This document shows, piece after piece, positions 40,651-52,289 of a stretch of 54,399 bases of DNA. A program made the position numbers and the translations under genes. This stretch comes from Octopus sinensis (Eukaryota). The notes beneath the pieces are model-generated. The model searched no databases. It was not told the DNA's origin and saw nothing but the letters and a program-made list of their open reading frames with translations. Each line of letters opens with the position of its first letter. The first letter of the stretch is position 1. The DNA lies in assembly GCF_006345805.1 (NCBI RefSeq), contig NW_021833802.1, positions 1 to 54,399 on the forward strand, given 5' to 3'.

Positions 40651-41140
40651 TTATTATTCGATTTCATTTTCCATAAACACACGTGGAATATAGTGTATAT
40701 TTCAAGAGGAATTTCGGAGGAACTTACTAAACGAACAAAACAAAACAAACAAGAGATATAGAATACAATGAACTTTTAAATAACAAGTTAAACCGGATTG
40801 CTTGTTCTGTAGTTGTAATTACGACCTGTAACATCTGCTGGAAAAAGAACACTAAATAGCAGGTATTGTGGAAAACAGCGATGAATAAAGGTCATTTGTA
40901 TCAGTTGATGATAAAAAATATACACACGCCGTGATTATGTATGACTTTTACTTAAATGATATATCAGCGCTAAATTTGGAAAATATTTTACTTATTATAG
41001 TGTGTGTGTGTATGTGTGTGAGAGAGAGTGTGTGTGTGTGCACACACATATATACACACACGAAACAAAAGTGAGTTAAAGAGGAATAACAAAACATTGG
41101 CCACTGGAATGTATATGAACAACAAATATATCAAATATCA

Positions 41141-41781
41141 TCTCTCTATATATAAAACTGAGAATGTGTGTGTCTGTGTGTGTGTGTCTGTCTGTCTGTG
41201 TGTTTCCCTAAAACTTGATGTCTTGCAAACAACTTGCACATACAAGTGCTACCAGTCAAAAGCTCCGTATACCGAAAGCCAGCAAGTGTATGGGGTCATC
41301 AGGAGAGAATGCGCGCCGTTTCGGGGCCTAACTCTCGACGGCATCAATGCGCACCGGACCCCTCACTGATATGAGGCCCCCCATTTACATTCAGAAGACT
41401 GCAAATCCCCCTTCGTGTCAGCTTTGCCATGTCCATTAACAAATCTCAGGGTAAAACCCTCTCTGTAGCTGGTCTTCTCTTGGAAGAGCCCTGCTTCTCG
41501 CATGGGCAACTGTATGTTGGCTGCTCAAGAGTAGGAACCAAAAGAAACATTTTTCTATATGCTCCAGAAGGAAAAACAAGGAACATTGTTTACAACGAGG
41601 TGTTATAATCTCAACAGCCAGGAGGTATATACATGATCCCCTTTTTTTAACAAACTTCATGTACTTTCATGTATTTATATTAATATACATATATGTGTAT
41701 ATGTGTGTATCCATATATATATAACAGAAAATCTAATTCTTCAATTAAATGTAACTGGGCAACGCCGGGTATCTCTGCTAG
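41141..41781 (+). mobile_element. Complete 641-bp non-autonomous mini-Helitron
   Basis: A|TC...CTAG|T termini. Contains the 5' end, about 160 bp of unrelated DNA, and the helicase C-terminus/3' end matching 39940-40337. Confidence 0.88.
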
Positions 41782-41969
41782 TACAATATAAATCCTTGAT
41801 TTATTAAAATTATCTCGGCCCCGAGGATGTGTCATAATTACTAAATGGCAACAGAGAACAGGTCCATATGAGAAGGACAAAAATATCTCATGAAAGAATA
41901 ATTTTCTAAAGTTGACATGCTATTAAGGAAGAGGACGCGATTCTTGCCTGGATTTAAGAGGACAACTGT

Positions 41970-42008
41970 GGCGACATGTTTCTGCCTCACTAGGTGTCGT
42001 CAGCATGG
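41970..42008 (-). ncRNA. Degenerate hammerhead-like motif (ACAUGU stem III); inverted copy at 48508-48546 on the plus strand
   Basis: CUGACGA-C-ACCUAGUGAGGC-A-GAAA-CAUG-UC. Core and palindrome are present but stems I and II pair poorly. Confidence 0.4.
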
Positions 42009-42189
42009 TTTTTGTTCTAACATATCTCCAACAGCCAAGAAACGTATACAAAATGAGTAGAATACATGGCTTTAATAATGTGTATAAATTAAAGCAAGCG
42101 GTGTGTTGGTAACAAACACAAACACGGACACATAAACTTACATATGCAGTCATACAAAACACAAACACACACACACACACACGCACATA

Positions 42190-42345
42190 TGACGGACTTC
42201 TTTTATTTTCCGTCTATCAAATCCACTCACACGGCATTGGTCGGCCCGGATATAGTAGAATAGACTTGCCCAAAGTTACACTTAGTGGGACTGAACTCGG
42301 AGCCATGAAATTAAGAAACAAACTTCTTACGATACAGCCACGCCT
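42190..42345 (-). mobile_element. SINE head/body
   Basis: Reverse complement gives GGCGTGGCTGTATCG...GAGTTCAGTCCCACT...GGGCAAGTCT. Confidence 0.7.
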
Positions 42346-42368
42346 TGGATCTTTGTTGTTATCGTCAC

Positions 42369-42819
42369 CTGTGGCGGACTGGCCAGGTTGCTAGCTTGCG
42401 CGATGGCAAGTGGGCCCCTGCGTCATTAGAGTCCACGAATGGGGGCCTATGTTAGTATCTAAGGGGCCCATCCCCTCAAGTTTGAGAATGTTTTAGTCAC
42501 TCCCGGAAGAATGCATTAATTATTTCAGCCTGGCTGTGTATGTAGACAGTTGTAAAGAATACTTTTAACAAAAAGAAATAAATGGTAGCATTGTAGTTGC
42601 GGGTGGAGCCCCTTGTAGTTGCAAATAGGCCACCTTGTAGTTGCGGGTAAGCCCGCCCCCCCCCCTTGTAGTTGCGATTGAGTCCCCTTGTAGTTGCGGG
42701 TGGGATCCCTTGTAGTTGCGGGTAGGCCCCCCTTGTAGTTGCGACTGGGTCCCCTTGTAGTTGTGGGTGGGCCCCCTTAGTTTCCTGGCAACCAATATTG
42801 TAGACCCAGTCCGCCACTG
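42369..42819. mobile_element. 451-bp hAT-like MITE with internal ~22-bp minisatellite
   Basis: 14-bp TIR C(A/T)GTGGCGGACTGG, flanking duplication CGTCAC (42363-68 and 42820-25), about 9 copies of CCCCTTGTAGTTGCG at 42588-42775. Confidence 0.85.
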
Positions 42820-43219
42820 CGTCACCGTCTACAATTACGTTCCAATTTGGTATATGATTTGATTTTTGTATACTAATTATGAAAATGAAATTCATTTTTC
42901 CTATAAATTCATAATTAAAAAGTTATCAGCCTTTAAAATTTGCAAAAATTGGGTATTTTAGCCAATCAGAAGCGAGTATTTTATACATCACCGTGAAGTT
43001 TTGTTAGCATAGTAAGCAAAGAAGCACCACGTGTTCCGAGCTGATTGCGAAGAATTCTGTTTCTATAAGTATTATTAAATCTCAGAGCGAGATGTAAACA
43101 GTAACCGCTCGACAATGTAAAGTATAAAAGCCATCTCAATATGGCTAACCACAAAGTGGGGGTGTTACTGTAGCTTTTTAGCCCCAGGAGATCATCGTCT
43201 CCAGCTGGCTTTAGACACC

Positions 43220-43657
43220 CTTTCAGTGCCCTTGAAGTATTTGCAAAGGGAGGCCATCCCTTCCTCGCAAGCCTGAGTGATACGCATGGACCGGTTTCGA
43301 GATTATTGTCTCTTATCAACGGGCGGTAACCACCAGGTCACGATGAAAAACAAGGCCTGCTTTGCAAATATATAAGAGTTTTTCTAGTGACGTCTGCCAC
43401 TGATTTCGAAAATTTTCTACTAGAAAAACTCTTATATATTATATATATATATTATATATTATGGATTTCGAAATCAGTGGCAGACGTCACTAGAAAAACT
43501 CGTATATATTTGCAAAGCAGGCCTTGTCTTTCATCGTGACCTGGTGGTGACCGCCCTTTGATGAGAGACAATAATCTCGAAACCGGTCCGTGCGTATCAC
43601 TCAGGCTTGCGAGGAAGGGATGGCCTCACTTTGCAAATACTTCAAGGGCGCTGAAAG
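43220..43657. repeat. PLE pLTR palindrome 1: 192-bp arms, 54-nt AT-rich loop, a hammerhead motif in each arm
   Basis: Arms 43220-43411 and 43466-43657 are reverse complements. Motif UUGAU(A/G)A-GAGA caauaa UCUC-GAAA-CCGG-UC. Confidence 0.9.
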
Positions 43658-44069
43658 AGTCTTTTTAAGCTTTGATACTGGGGACACATTTCCATCTTCA
43701 GTCTCTAACTCCTTACAAACTGCAGACGAAAGATCTGGCAACTTTAAAAAATCGAGATATTAAATCTTTATGCTCAGCCTTTATAACCACAATAACAGCA
43801 TACCCCTTTATTCTTGAGTAAGCTGAGGGTCTGCCATTATTATTTTCTGAAACAAAGATTATACAGAGTCATCAAAAAATGCAGCGATGACCCCCCAAAA
43901 AGGTATGTCCTCAAATAACTTACGCACCCTATTTCCAAATTTTTAACCAAACTATCATATTTAATATATTTAATGTATCTAATTTGTTTATCCGCATAAT
44001 TGGTTCTATGTACGCATGTGTGTATGCATGTTTTGTATGTATGTTGTATGTATGTATGTACGGGTATGT

Positions 44070-44300
44070 GTGTGTGCGTGTCTCTGTGTTTGTCTGTGAT
44101 TGCCACTCCTCATTATCGCTTGATAACTGGTGTTGGTGTGTTTATGTCCCTGTAATTTAGCGGTTCGGCAAAAGAGTACCGGTCTTTAAAAACAATAACC
44201 CCCCCCCCCTGGAGTCGATTTGTCCGACTAGAAAAACCCTTCCAGACGGTGCCCCAGCATGGCCGCGTTCAAATGACTGAAACAAGTAAAAGATAACAGA
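44070..44300 (+). mobile_element. SINE 3' half
   Basis: GATAACTGGTGTTGGTGTGTTTATGTCCC...CCCCAGCATGGCC...GACTGAAACAAGTAAAAG. Confidence 0.7.
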
Positions 44301-44391
44301 TTATATATTTGTATATATATATATATATGTATATACAAATATGTATATATATATATATATATAAGAAAAAAGCAACAAAAATGGATCAATA

Positions 44392-44481
44392 TTTCGGTAC
44401 AATTGTTTCGTACGAAGACCACCTTTATTAAGGCTGCAAATATTGCAGCAAATACAAGTGACCCGTACTCGTCAGCCGAAA
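44392..44481 (-). ncRNA. Intact minimal hammerhead (ACAAUUGU family), probably in the 3' region of the Naiad-like PLE
   Basis: UUUCGG-CUGACGA-GUACGGG...UUCGUAC-GAAA-CAAUUG-UA-CCGAAA. Canonical core and perfect 6 bp stem I. Confidence 0.88.
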
Positions 44482-45549
44482 AAACATATGAGTTCTCAAA
44501 ACATCTAAGGGGGTGAGGCTATACTCTTGAAACATCAGGGATAGTTCTATAAAAATCAGATTTAGACAATAAACGGACTTCCAAAGTTCTTTAATGTTGC
44601 ACAGTCATATAACAGGTTTTAAAAAAGTATTTTAAAAAACCTCTTAGTTTCACACAAAATGAAAATATAAATCCATCCTTAATGAAGTAGGTTTGAATTC
44701 TGGAGATATGAGGAGAGATTTCATACTCACACACGATGTATTTATCCATAATTAGTCCATAATAAAGTGGGTTTCCTGATGTATGATGGTATGCTGGTTG
44801 CATTTCTGATCATTTCTCAAAACTGCTATTTTAGAATTAGTTGAAGGAAATTTAGTGGAGCGTAGAGACAATCACTCACATAGGGTATAATGGGGTAACT
44901 GAGAGGGTATAATGGGGTAACTACGCAGAATAGTTTATTTCAGTGGAGACAAACTGACTGGGTCAGAATTTGCAAGAATCTAAGAGTTTTAAAAAGGAAT
45001 GCTATTCTTGACCAGTATACCGTTGTTAATTGCTATATAAAGAGGACACAGGAAGGTAAAGGCGGGTCAAAGGTTGTCACTATAGGAAAAAACATTAACT
45101 GATTTCAGTGAAACACTAGAAAGGAGGTCATTTAATTTATTTCTTTATTTATTAATGTTACTACTTATACATTGGCAGACTTTGGGACTACATTTAGGGG
45201 TCAAAAGAAAGAATTGAGAGTATTGTTTTTCATAATTCTATGGGATTAGCTTTAATTTACTTATAGTATATAAAGGAATTACGAAGTTTTATTAACTTAT
45301 TTGCTTTAAGTTGGTTTACCTAAATTAGAAAAAATTTAGATTAAATAAATTTAAATTATCTATATAATCTATTAGAATGAAAGTTTTTTAGCGACTAATT
45401 TATTTCTTTATGTTCCAAAACTGGTACAATTAGAGAGAAAATAACCATAGCTTATGAGCTTGCAGCTATCTATTTAAAATATATAATATATAAGAGTATT
45501 GCTTTATTATTATATAGACAAATCACAAAATGGTTTTTATATACGGTTA

Positions 45550-47770
45550 TCATTTAAAATATTTTAGAGTCTTAATTCTAGCGTGAATACAAGATGGACC
45601 CAATTCTATACGGTTATTCAATAAGTCACCATTTCTTCAATGCATTAGTATTTCAAATGTTTCCATGGAGCAAAGTTGGCAACCAACTCTGTTATTTTTA
45701 TAAGGCATCACTCTTCTAACTAATTCCCAATTAAGGTTATATTTAATATTATTGTTTTTGAGTTCCCAGATCTTACTTGAAAGTATGGTGCTATCAGCTT
45801 TATGACGTAATTTGAAAGAAGAGAGATGGTTGCTAAGACGTTTTTTGAAATTTATAGTACACCCTAAATAAATAAATTTGCTATTCTCTGTAGTTATGGT
45901 ACATTTATAGATTACGTTATTTAACCCGCATAGACCAGGTGCCGGGCATTTTGATCTAATTCTACAGTTACACATAGGGGGATCATTTTCCGATGTGGGA
46001 TTACTCAAAGATAGATGTCTCATATTCCTGCTATTCAAATCATTATTAGTATTTTTCGCTATTATAGTTAATGCTGCTATCTAAAATAGTGTTATCGTTA
46101 TTATAGTTAATGTTATTATCTAAAGCAGTATTATCATTTATCGGTCTTTCTACACTATCATTTAATTCTATAGTCCTACCATAATTACTAACATTATTGG
46201 TATTGCTACTATTATTGCCAGTAGTATTAGTTTCAAATGTATACTGTTACTATAGATATCATTGTTGTCTTCATTCCCGGTATTTCCCTATTGTATTACT
46301 CCTATATTAACATAATTGTTCTATTTGTATTATTATTATTACTAGCTATTCCATAGCTATTGGTTATACCTATGTTATGATAGTTATTATTATTGTGGTT
46401 ATTTACTTTCGGTAATGTACTACAATTGTCATTGTATTCCTATTGGTATTATTTAAATTTTTCCTGGCTAGTTTAATGTTATTATTATTAATCTTAGCTA
46501 TTAAAGTGGACATGTTTGGGAGGGCTGAATAAGAAATTCTGACCGTTTTTTTAGAAATAATTTTATGATATATATGAGAGGTTGGGAAGTTCTTTTCCAG
46601 AATTATTTTGAATCTATTCTGAATATCCGATAGAATCGCACAGTTGAAAGGAACATTTAGCCACATTATATCCTTCTTATTAAATTTCCTTGAATTAGAA
46701 TTGGGGTTAGTTGAATCACCAGAGTCGTTGTATTTATTAATGTTACTATTTGCATGCTTCTTAGTTTTATCTAAATTTATCCTATCCGAGTTACCTATGT
46801 TCTGGTCTATGTTCTTTATTCTTATTTTCATTTAGATTTGTTGTCACCGTAAATCTACTTCTACTTTTATTTCTGGCGTGATCTTTATTGTTGTTTATGT
46901 GGCTATTGTTACTTCTTTTATTAGGAATATGTAAGTTCTCTTTATCAATAAAGGTAATTTTTTGGTTGTATCCTGCCTTAGATAACGTCGCATTATAATG
47001 CTCCGAATGGGAGTTAAATATATCAAAATTGGATGATAATTTAGAGATTCTTAAGGAAATATTTCTCACTAAAGTATTAATTACATTTGGGGGATGATGG
47101 GATAATTTATTTACGTAACTAGTGATTTCGGCTTCTTTTCTAAATGGGTAATGTAGCTTAGAGTTAAGGTCTATCTAGGAAATTGACTATTTTAGTGTCT
47201 GGTTCATAGGTTATGCTAAGGGTGAAATCTTTAAAGAACCTATTAATTTTCTTTCTAATCCTTTCAATGCTCGATTTATTATTGTTAGGGATAACAAACA
47301 AAGCATTATCCCAATATAGACCACCTTGTAATTCCGGGATCTCCATTTTTATGCATTTTAATAGATATGCGCCTACTAAATTAGTCACCTCAGCCGAATC
47401 ACTAGAACACATGGGTATATCGAAATTATTAGGGGTGTCTGCTCAGGTCCATAATTTTCCCTCAAACTCTATACATGTTTTTCTAGTACAATGACGATTT
47501 CTTCTCTAGATATGAGGGAGCGATTCATAGCGAATATAAGTGATTTATTTAACAGAATAAGGGAAATGTTAGAGTAATAGTTATTTATGTCGAATTGAAT
47601 AAAGGCCAGATTATTAGTATTGGTTAGGGAGTTAAACCATTTTAATACCTCATCGGTATTTATCCATAGACTTAAGGGAAGAAGCGGGGTTATTTGGGGT
47701 AGAACAATATATCTGACTTAGTTGGACAAATAAGCCTTACTAATAATCTGGCCTTTATTCGATTCGACAT
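45550..47770 (-). pseudogene. Penelope-like element ORF remnant (RT + GIY-YIG), Naiad-like
   Basis: FIQFDINNYYS, DSAEV...GLYWDN (degenerate YRDD), VNFLD, SHHPP, WLNVPF...RISYSALPNM, CNCRIRSKCPAPGLC (CxCx5Cx5C), VIYKC...YLGCT...FKKRLSNH, CQLC. The clade call is from recalled motifs. Confidence 0.85.
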
Positions 47771-48025
47771 AAAAAACATTTAGGGGAAATGTTAGTTTTT
47801 GATGACTGTATAATCTTTGTTTCAGAAAATAATAATGGTAGACCCTCAGCTTACTCAAGAATAAGGAGGCATGCTGTTATTGTGGTTATAAAGGCTGAGC
47901 ATAAAGATTTAATATCTCGATTTTTTAAAGTTGCCAGATCTTTCGTCTGCAGTTTGTAAGGAGTTAGAGACTGAAGATGGAAATGTGTCCCCAGTATCAA
48001 AGCTTAAAAAGACTCTTTCAGTGCC

Positions 48026-48434
48026 CTTGAAGTATTTTCAAAGGGAGTCTATCCCTTCCTCGCAAGCCTGAGTAATACGCACGGACCGGTTCGAGATTAT
48101 TGTCTCTCATCAAAGGGCGGTCACCACCAGGTCACGATGAAAGACAAGGCCTGCTTTGCAAATATATACGAGTTTTTCTAGTGACGTCTGCCACTGATTT
48201 CGAAATCCATAATATATAATATATAATATATAAGTGTTTTTCTAATAGAAAATTTTCGAAATCAGTGGCAGACGTCACTAGAAAAACTCTTATATATTTG
48301 CAAAGCAGGCCTTGTCTTTCATCGTGGCCTGGTGGTTACTGCCCGTTGATAAGAGACAATAATCTCAAAACCGGTCCGTGCGTATCACTCAGGCTTGCGA
48401 GGAAGGGATGGCCTCCCTTTGCAAATACTTCAAG
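48026..48434. repeat. PLE pLTR palindrome 2 (inverted copy of palindrome 1)
   Basis: Arms 48026-48205 and 48254-48434; the loop is the reverse complement of loop 1. Confidence 0.9.
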
Positions 48435-48442
48435 TAGAATAC

Positions 48443-49154
48443 AAAGCCATGTATTCTACTCATTTTGTATACGTTTCTTGGCTGTTGGAGATATGTTAGA
48501 ACAAAAACCATGCTGACGACATCTAGCGAGGCAGAAACATGTCTCCACAGTTGTCCTCTTAAATCCAGGCAAGAATCGCGTCCTCTTCCTAATGGCATGT
48601 CAACTTAGAAAATTATTCTTTCATGAGATATTTTTGTCCTTCTCATATGGACTGTTCTCTGTTGCCTTTAGTAATTATGACACATCTCGGGGCCGAGATA
48701 ATTTTAATAAATCAAGGATTTATATTCTACTAGCAGAGATACCCGGCGTTGCCCCAGTTACATTTAATTGAATAATTAGACTTTTCTGTTACATATATAT
48801 GGATACACACACCTACACATATATGTATATTATATAAATACATGAAAGTACATGAAGTTTGTTTAAAAAAGGGGATCATGTATATACCTCCTGGCTGTTG
48901 AGATTAAACACCTCGTTGTAAACAATGTTCTTGTTTTTCCTTCTGGAGCATACACAAAAATGTTTATTTTGGTTCCTACTCTTGAGCAGCCAAACATACA
49001 GTTGCCCATGCGAGAAGCAGGGCTCTTCCAAGAGAAGACCAGCTACAGAGAGGGTTTTACCCTGAGATTTGTTAATGGACATGGCAAAGCTGACATGAAG
49101 GGGGAATTGCAGTCTTCTGAATGTAAATGGGGGGGGGGAGCTCATATCAGTGAG
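48443..49154 (-). repeat. Inverted duplicate of 41362-42073 (mini-Helitron 3' part plus flank)
   Basis: Continuous reverse-complement match, including the CTAG terminus at 48730. Confidence 0.92.
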
Positions 49155-49611
49155 TACCGCATTCATGTGAATTCAACAGAACTCACTTGAATCTTAATTG
49201 CTTTTACTGTATATATATATATACATGTGTGTATATAAAAGCTGTAAATATATGCATATATACGTTTGTGAATGCATATTTGTCTTTATGTGTGAAAATA
49301 CCAGTTGCACTTTTGCGGTTTTTACTGCACCATTCTAACCAACCTAAACTTCGGATTGTTAACGTCCACCCACATGTCGTGTAATAACTGTTATTTTCAG
49401 CGTTAGCTCCATCCCCACCTTCCTAGCCTCCGTACACACACTCATACTTCCACTCCAACAGGCACTCATAGTTACTATTGTAAGTAGATACTTAAACCCT
49501 AAGTCTTCGTCTTATTGTTTGTGAAGGAAGAACTTCACATGACAGAAAAAGAACTTCACATGACGGAACTTCAAGACTCCGTCAATAAATTCTAATATAC
49601 ACATATACTCA

Positions 49612-49830
49612 TACGAGAGGGTACCAAAAAGAAACCGGAATTTTGAAATATTTAATTCACTCAGTTTTACAAGTTTACACTTTCATCATCTTCAAAGTGT
49701 TTTTCATCTGAAGCAATGCATGGGTCCGGACACGTTTTCCACTGTCCGAAGCATTGTTGGAATTCTTGCGAAGTGATGCCTTTTAACGCCTCCATCGTTT
49801 TTTTTTTTTTCTTCATCTCATCAAGGAGAC
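49612..49830 (-). mobile_element. Mariner 3' remnant
   Basis: TACGAGAGGGTACCAAAAAGAAACCGG TIR-like start and a transposase C-terminal remnant on the minus strand. Confidence 0.55.
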
Positions 49831-49831
49831 C

Positions 49832-50385
49832 CAGCTAGTTTCTTTGAACGTTTCCTAACCCAGGATGAGTGTTGGGTTCATTACTTTGAGCCAGAGACAA
49901 ATACAATCCATGCAGTGGAAGCATCCCTCCACACCTGCTCCAAAAGAAGACCAAGGTCGTTTCATCTGTAGGGAAAGTGAAAGCCTCAGTTCTTTTGGGA
50001 TGCAAAAAGCATTACGTTTATTGACTATTTCCAAAAGGGTCACATCATCAACGACCGCTGTGCGCAACTGTGACTTCCAACAGGCAAACTACCCGCCTTT
50101 ATTCTCCTGATTTTGGCCCCATCTGACTATCGTATGTTCCCCAACATGAAAAAAAACACTTGGCTGAGAACCAGTATCGCTGTGATGATGACGTCATATC
50201 TGCTGTAGATTATCTTTTTTTTTAACCAGTAGGATGAGAGTTTCACCACTGGGATCCAAGCGCAGCAACACCATAGGAAGAAGTGTGTAAATCACAGGGG
50301 AAACTATGTTGCAAAATAAACCTCATTTGATCACATTCCATGAGAGCATCTTGGTCAGCCTATGAACTTTTCAGGCGACCTTATA
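49832..50385 (+). mobile_element. Mariner transposase 3' half with right TIR, decayed
   Basis: FLTQDECWVHYFEPE, QSMQWKH, DYRMFPNMKK, KKCVNHRGNYVAK*, then ATGAACTTTTCAGGCGACC. Confidence 0.8.
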
Positions 50386-50429
50386 TTTATATTGTTTTAT
50401 ATATATTTTATTGTTTTATTGGTTTTGGC

Positions 50430-51560
50430 CAGAGACTTAGGCGATGTATAATTGGGCTTCTTTTCTGTATTGTTTGTAGAGATGTAGCGAGTTGCATGGA
50501 GCTGTTCTTCTTTGTGTTTCCTTTCGCGATGTGGGTTCATCGGGTATAACAGATAAAAAAAATTGTCCAGATGCTCTTTGTAAACCTCCACATTTACTCC
50601 TCACAATCTCTTAAGCATTTTGGCAGAATTTTGAATAGTTGTGGACCCTTGAAACCCAAGTTGTTACAGTATTGAGTCTTCTAGCGGGAGAAGAAAAGAT
50701 ATTTGATACTATGCAGTGTCGCCCAGTGTGGTGATAGGTATAGCTTTCAATTCTGAAGTTGGGAGCTAGACCTTCCAGAATATCCCATATGTATATAACT
50801 GCATATCTTTCACGTCTTCTCTCCAGTGAGTAGATCTTTAGTTCCTTTAGTCTCTCTCCCAGCAGCTCATCTGTTGCTCCAGTTCAATCTTCTTAATGTA
50901 GTGGTACTGGATTATCACAAGTTCCATTATCTGCAGTGATTACAGTTGAGAGCAATAATTCAGAACACTGAGAACGAAAGTTCTCCACAGGATCAGCATG
51001 GCATCCTTTTTCCTGGTTCTCTAAATCCATCCAGCTACTCCCCTGTATCTTGGAAATATGCACATGGAATGTTGCAGCATTACTCATGTGGATTCCCATG
51101 TCATGTACTGACTCTAACTCTGGGATTTCACTACCGCCTGGCCCTGTGATTCCCGATGGTAGTTTGTTTGTGGGCTGATAGTAGAATGTTTGTAACTTCT
51201 CAGCATTGAACTGCATGTTATTTTCATTAGTCTACATGTATATTACGTTCAGGTCTTTTTGCAGTTTTAGGATATCATCAGGGTCCTTGACTGCCTGTGA
51301 TACTTTTGTATATTCAGCAAAGCTGGTGAGAGTTGGTTGACTGTATTGGCTAGGGCATGTCTGAGAGAGCCACCACAAGCAGTTGTGGTCCCAGTATAGT
51401 TCCCTGAGGGACTGATCAGTGCATACTTCCTTCATGACTCCCCAAACAAAGAACCACTGGCTGCAATTGTTCGATTTCTGCCTTTTTGAAAGTTATGCAG
51501 ATACTCGCCTAATTTCCACCGATACCAATGTCATGCAATTTGTGACATACCATCCCATGA
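50430..51560 (-). mobile_element. CR1-type LINE RT fragment, decayed
   Basis: FAEYTKV (FADDTK), LQKDLNVIY, NNMQFNAEK, GFKGPQLFKILP, HLDNF. Confidence 0.75.
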
Positions 51561-51603
51561 TTAACTTTGTCAAAGGAAGTGGCAAAGCCGATATATATCA
51601 CAT

Positions 51604-51654
<51 letters not shown>

Positions 51655-52076
51655 CTCAAAATAAGAAACAAGGATATCCAGAGGTAATGCAAAAATGACA
51701 TCAATTTAAAATATAGAGCAATCTTCAGCTGCATAAAAATATAGAATTTAGTTAAATTCAAAGGATTCATTTATAGGATTCATTTTTTTTATCCCAAAAA
51801 ATCACCAAGAAGATAAGTAGATAGACCAATAGAACATGTTTTATCAACAACAAAAGATATATATATATAATATATATAAAATTTAAAGGATTGTCCACTT
51901 TTAGTGGTCAATCCTCTAAATTTTGTATGTAAAAACATTTTTAATCTTCAGATTTTTTTTGCTAGGCCACTGGTTTTAATTAATTAATATCAATTTCTAC
52001 CCTTATTTAATTATAATATTATATATTATATATATATATATATAGATATATACATACATAGATATGATATATATAT

Positions 52077-52120
<44 letters not shown>

Positions 52121-52170
52121 TATTTACATATGCATATTTACATACATATATACCACATATATACATATAT

Positions 52171-52212
<42 letters not shown>

Positions 52213-52247
52213 GTGGTTTTGTCTCTAATAATATTTTATATATATAA

Positions 52248-52285
<38 letters not shown>

Positions 52286-52289
52286 ATAT

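Noticed and set aside
43658-43770. SFDTGDTFPS read as RT motif A of the PLE
   Set aside because: The real motif A (FIQFDINNYYS) is at about 47575-47605, so this resemblance is probably chance.
44878-44921. 22-bp tandem duplication AGGGTATAATGGGGTAACT
   Set aside because: An ordinary slippage duplication with only two copies.
41362-49154. Long-read fold-back chimera as the explanation of the large inverted repeat
   Set aside because: The arms differ by substitutions, one arm lacks 1157 bp with a templated junction, and a 3.9 kb unique spacer separates them. It is not fully excluded without reads.
49380-49600. Possible solo LTR (TGT...AATAAA...ACA)
   Set aside because: No target-site duplication, second LTR or primer-binding site.
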